The notes under the pieces: generated by a model
What the model was told of the DNA's origin: nothing
What the model saw: the letters and a program-made list of their open reading frames with translations, nothing else
Database searches by the model: none
Source of the DNA: Psammoneis japonica
Lineage: Eukaryota
NCBI GenBank assembly: GCA_008632985.1
Contig: QPGO01000375.1
Location: 1 to 35,399 of the forward strand
Length of the DNA: 35,399 nucleotides
Direction: 5' to 3'
Part shown: piece after piece, positions 34,071-35,399 of the stretch
Layout of the letters: each line of letters begins with the position of its first letter
How positions within the stretch are numbered: position 1 is the first letter of the stretch
Made by a program: the position numbers and the translations under genes

Positions 34071-35399
34071 CACACTCTGTCACATCTTTGCCCATGTGCA
34101 GTGTTGGCTGCCAATCCATCTCTGCTTCCCCCATCCCCTTCCTCATCTCTCAACTTGCCCACTCCCTGCAATGTGCCATGCATGGACCAGCTGCAGGCAA
34201 CAACACAAGCTCCCTCCCTTCTGTGCTTGCTCACTCTGCACCTGGGCCACCTCCTGCTGCCCCCTGCACCTTCACCAGGTCTTCCAACACTGCAGCACAG
34301 CTGCCATGCAGACTCTCGACCCTCCTCCACCCTCCCTCAAAGCCCTTGTGAAAACACACCCACTGCACAACCTCTCCCAGACCCCACACCATGCCCACCT
34401 CCAACGTCAACTAGAAACTCTCCAACAGCAAGGGCCATGGCACATCATCCTTGCACTCCCACCCCTCCTCTCTCCACTTGCAAGCCTCACTCTCCACTCC
34501 CTTGCCTGCTCACCACCCCAACAATGCTTGAACCCCAAACAGTTCCACCTCATGCTGCAACACAAGCTGCGACTTCCTGTTTTGCCCCACCAGCTTGAGC
34601 CCATCTCTTGCCCTTCTTGCGCTGGTGCCATCAACCCCTGCAGCGATTCATGCTTTCTGCTGCGGATCTCTTGGACACAAAACAACCATGTCCAATGCCA
34701 TCCATGATGGCCCATGCACTGCACTCCAGACCCTTGCTCCTCTCTCTGGCATTTGCACTGACTCCTCCGCCGTCCACTTGATGTCACCATCCCCAAACCT
34801 CCCACATTGCTGCTTGCTCCTGGCTTGCCTGCCCCAAGTCTCAACCCTCACACCAAGGCACACCACATGAGCACCAAAAGGAAGTTCAATGCTCACTGCC
34901 TTCTTTTCGGAGCCAACCAAGAACACCCCATTCCTGCTCCATCAGCTCCTGCCTGGACCACTGAATCCTTCTTTCAACATCCAGCTGCCCATGCTGCACA
35001 CGCCTGTGCCCAACTATCACCATCTGCTGCTCTCCCCGCTGCCACCACCACTTGGCAGAACACATCCACCGCACACTTTGGCCTGACCCACCACACTTCT
35101 GCTCCATCACAATGGGGCCTTCAAAGCCCAAGCCTTGTGATCACCAAATTGCTTGCCAACCAACTAACCTGATGCTCCGCCAAAACTACAATCCCAACTC
35201 TCCAACCCCAATCTGAAACCCATCCCTTTTGCTCCGCATCTGCTCCCCCCCCCGCACCACTGGGTGACGTTGCACTTGAACTCCTCATGCGTTTGCACTG
35301 CCAGGTGGTTTCCCCTGACCAACAAACAGTGCCCTCTTTCAGCAGACCCTCACAGCTTTCTCACAACAAGGTCCTCCAGAGATCATCTCTTCACATTCG

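Noticed and set aside
1..35399. Hundreds of overlapping 60-290 aa ORFs rich in Cys/His/Met/Trp
   Set aside because: Artefact of TpA loss (TAA/TAG stops removed) and TG/CA excess. They are not metal-binding proteins or overlapping genes.
821..35399. Classical fungal RIP, or bisulfite/sequencing artefact
   Set aside because: RIP enriches TpA and lowers GC, whereas TpA is lost here. Adjacent young elements in the same contig are largely spared.

Overview
This is eukaryotic repeat-dense DNA, most likely from a diatom (inferred from CoDi-type Ty1/copia protein motifs). I found no intact host gene. It is a nest of transposon remains. There are three degenerate copia elements: A (~3.8-9.3 kb, minus), B (13210-20668, minus, with both LTRs, PBS and PPT) and C (~23.4-32.4 kb, plus, interrupted). 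Younger insertions are two inverted copies of a ~970-bp TG..CA LTR (1-820, and 1566-2532 as a solo LTR with a 5-bp TSD) and a non-autonomous Tc1/mariner-type element (26309-28565) that carries a piggyBac-like MITE (26391-26743). The main signal is mutational. Old DNA has lost both CpG and TpA, and both have converged on TpG/CpA. Conserved Tyr codons became His/Cys, a TA target-site duplication became CA, and sister LTR copies differ mostly by TA->CA/TG and CG->TG/CA on both strands. The TpA arm runs opposite to fungal RIP and suggests a repeat-directed DNA hypermutation system. It also removes TAA/TAG stops, so most ORFs in the six-frame track are artefacts. All alignments and counts were done by eye, and domain boundaries are approximate.
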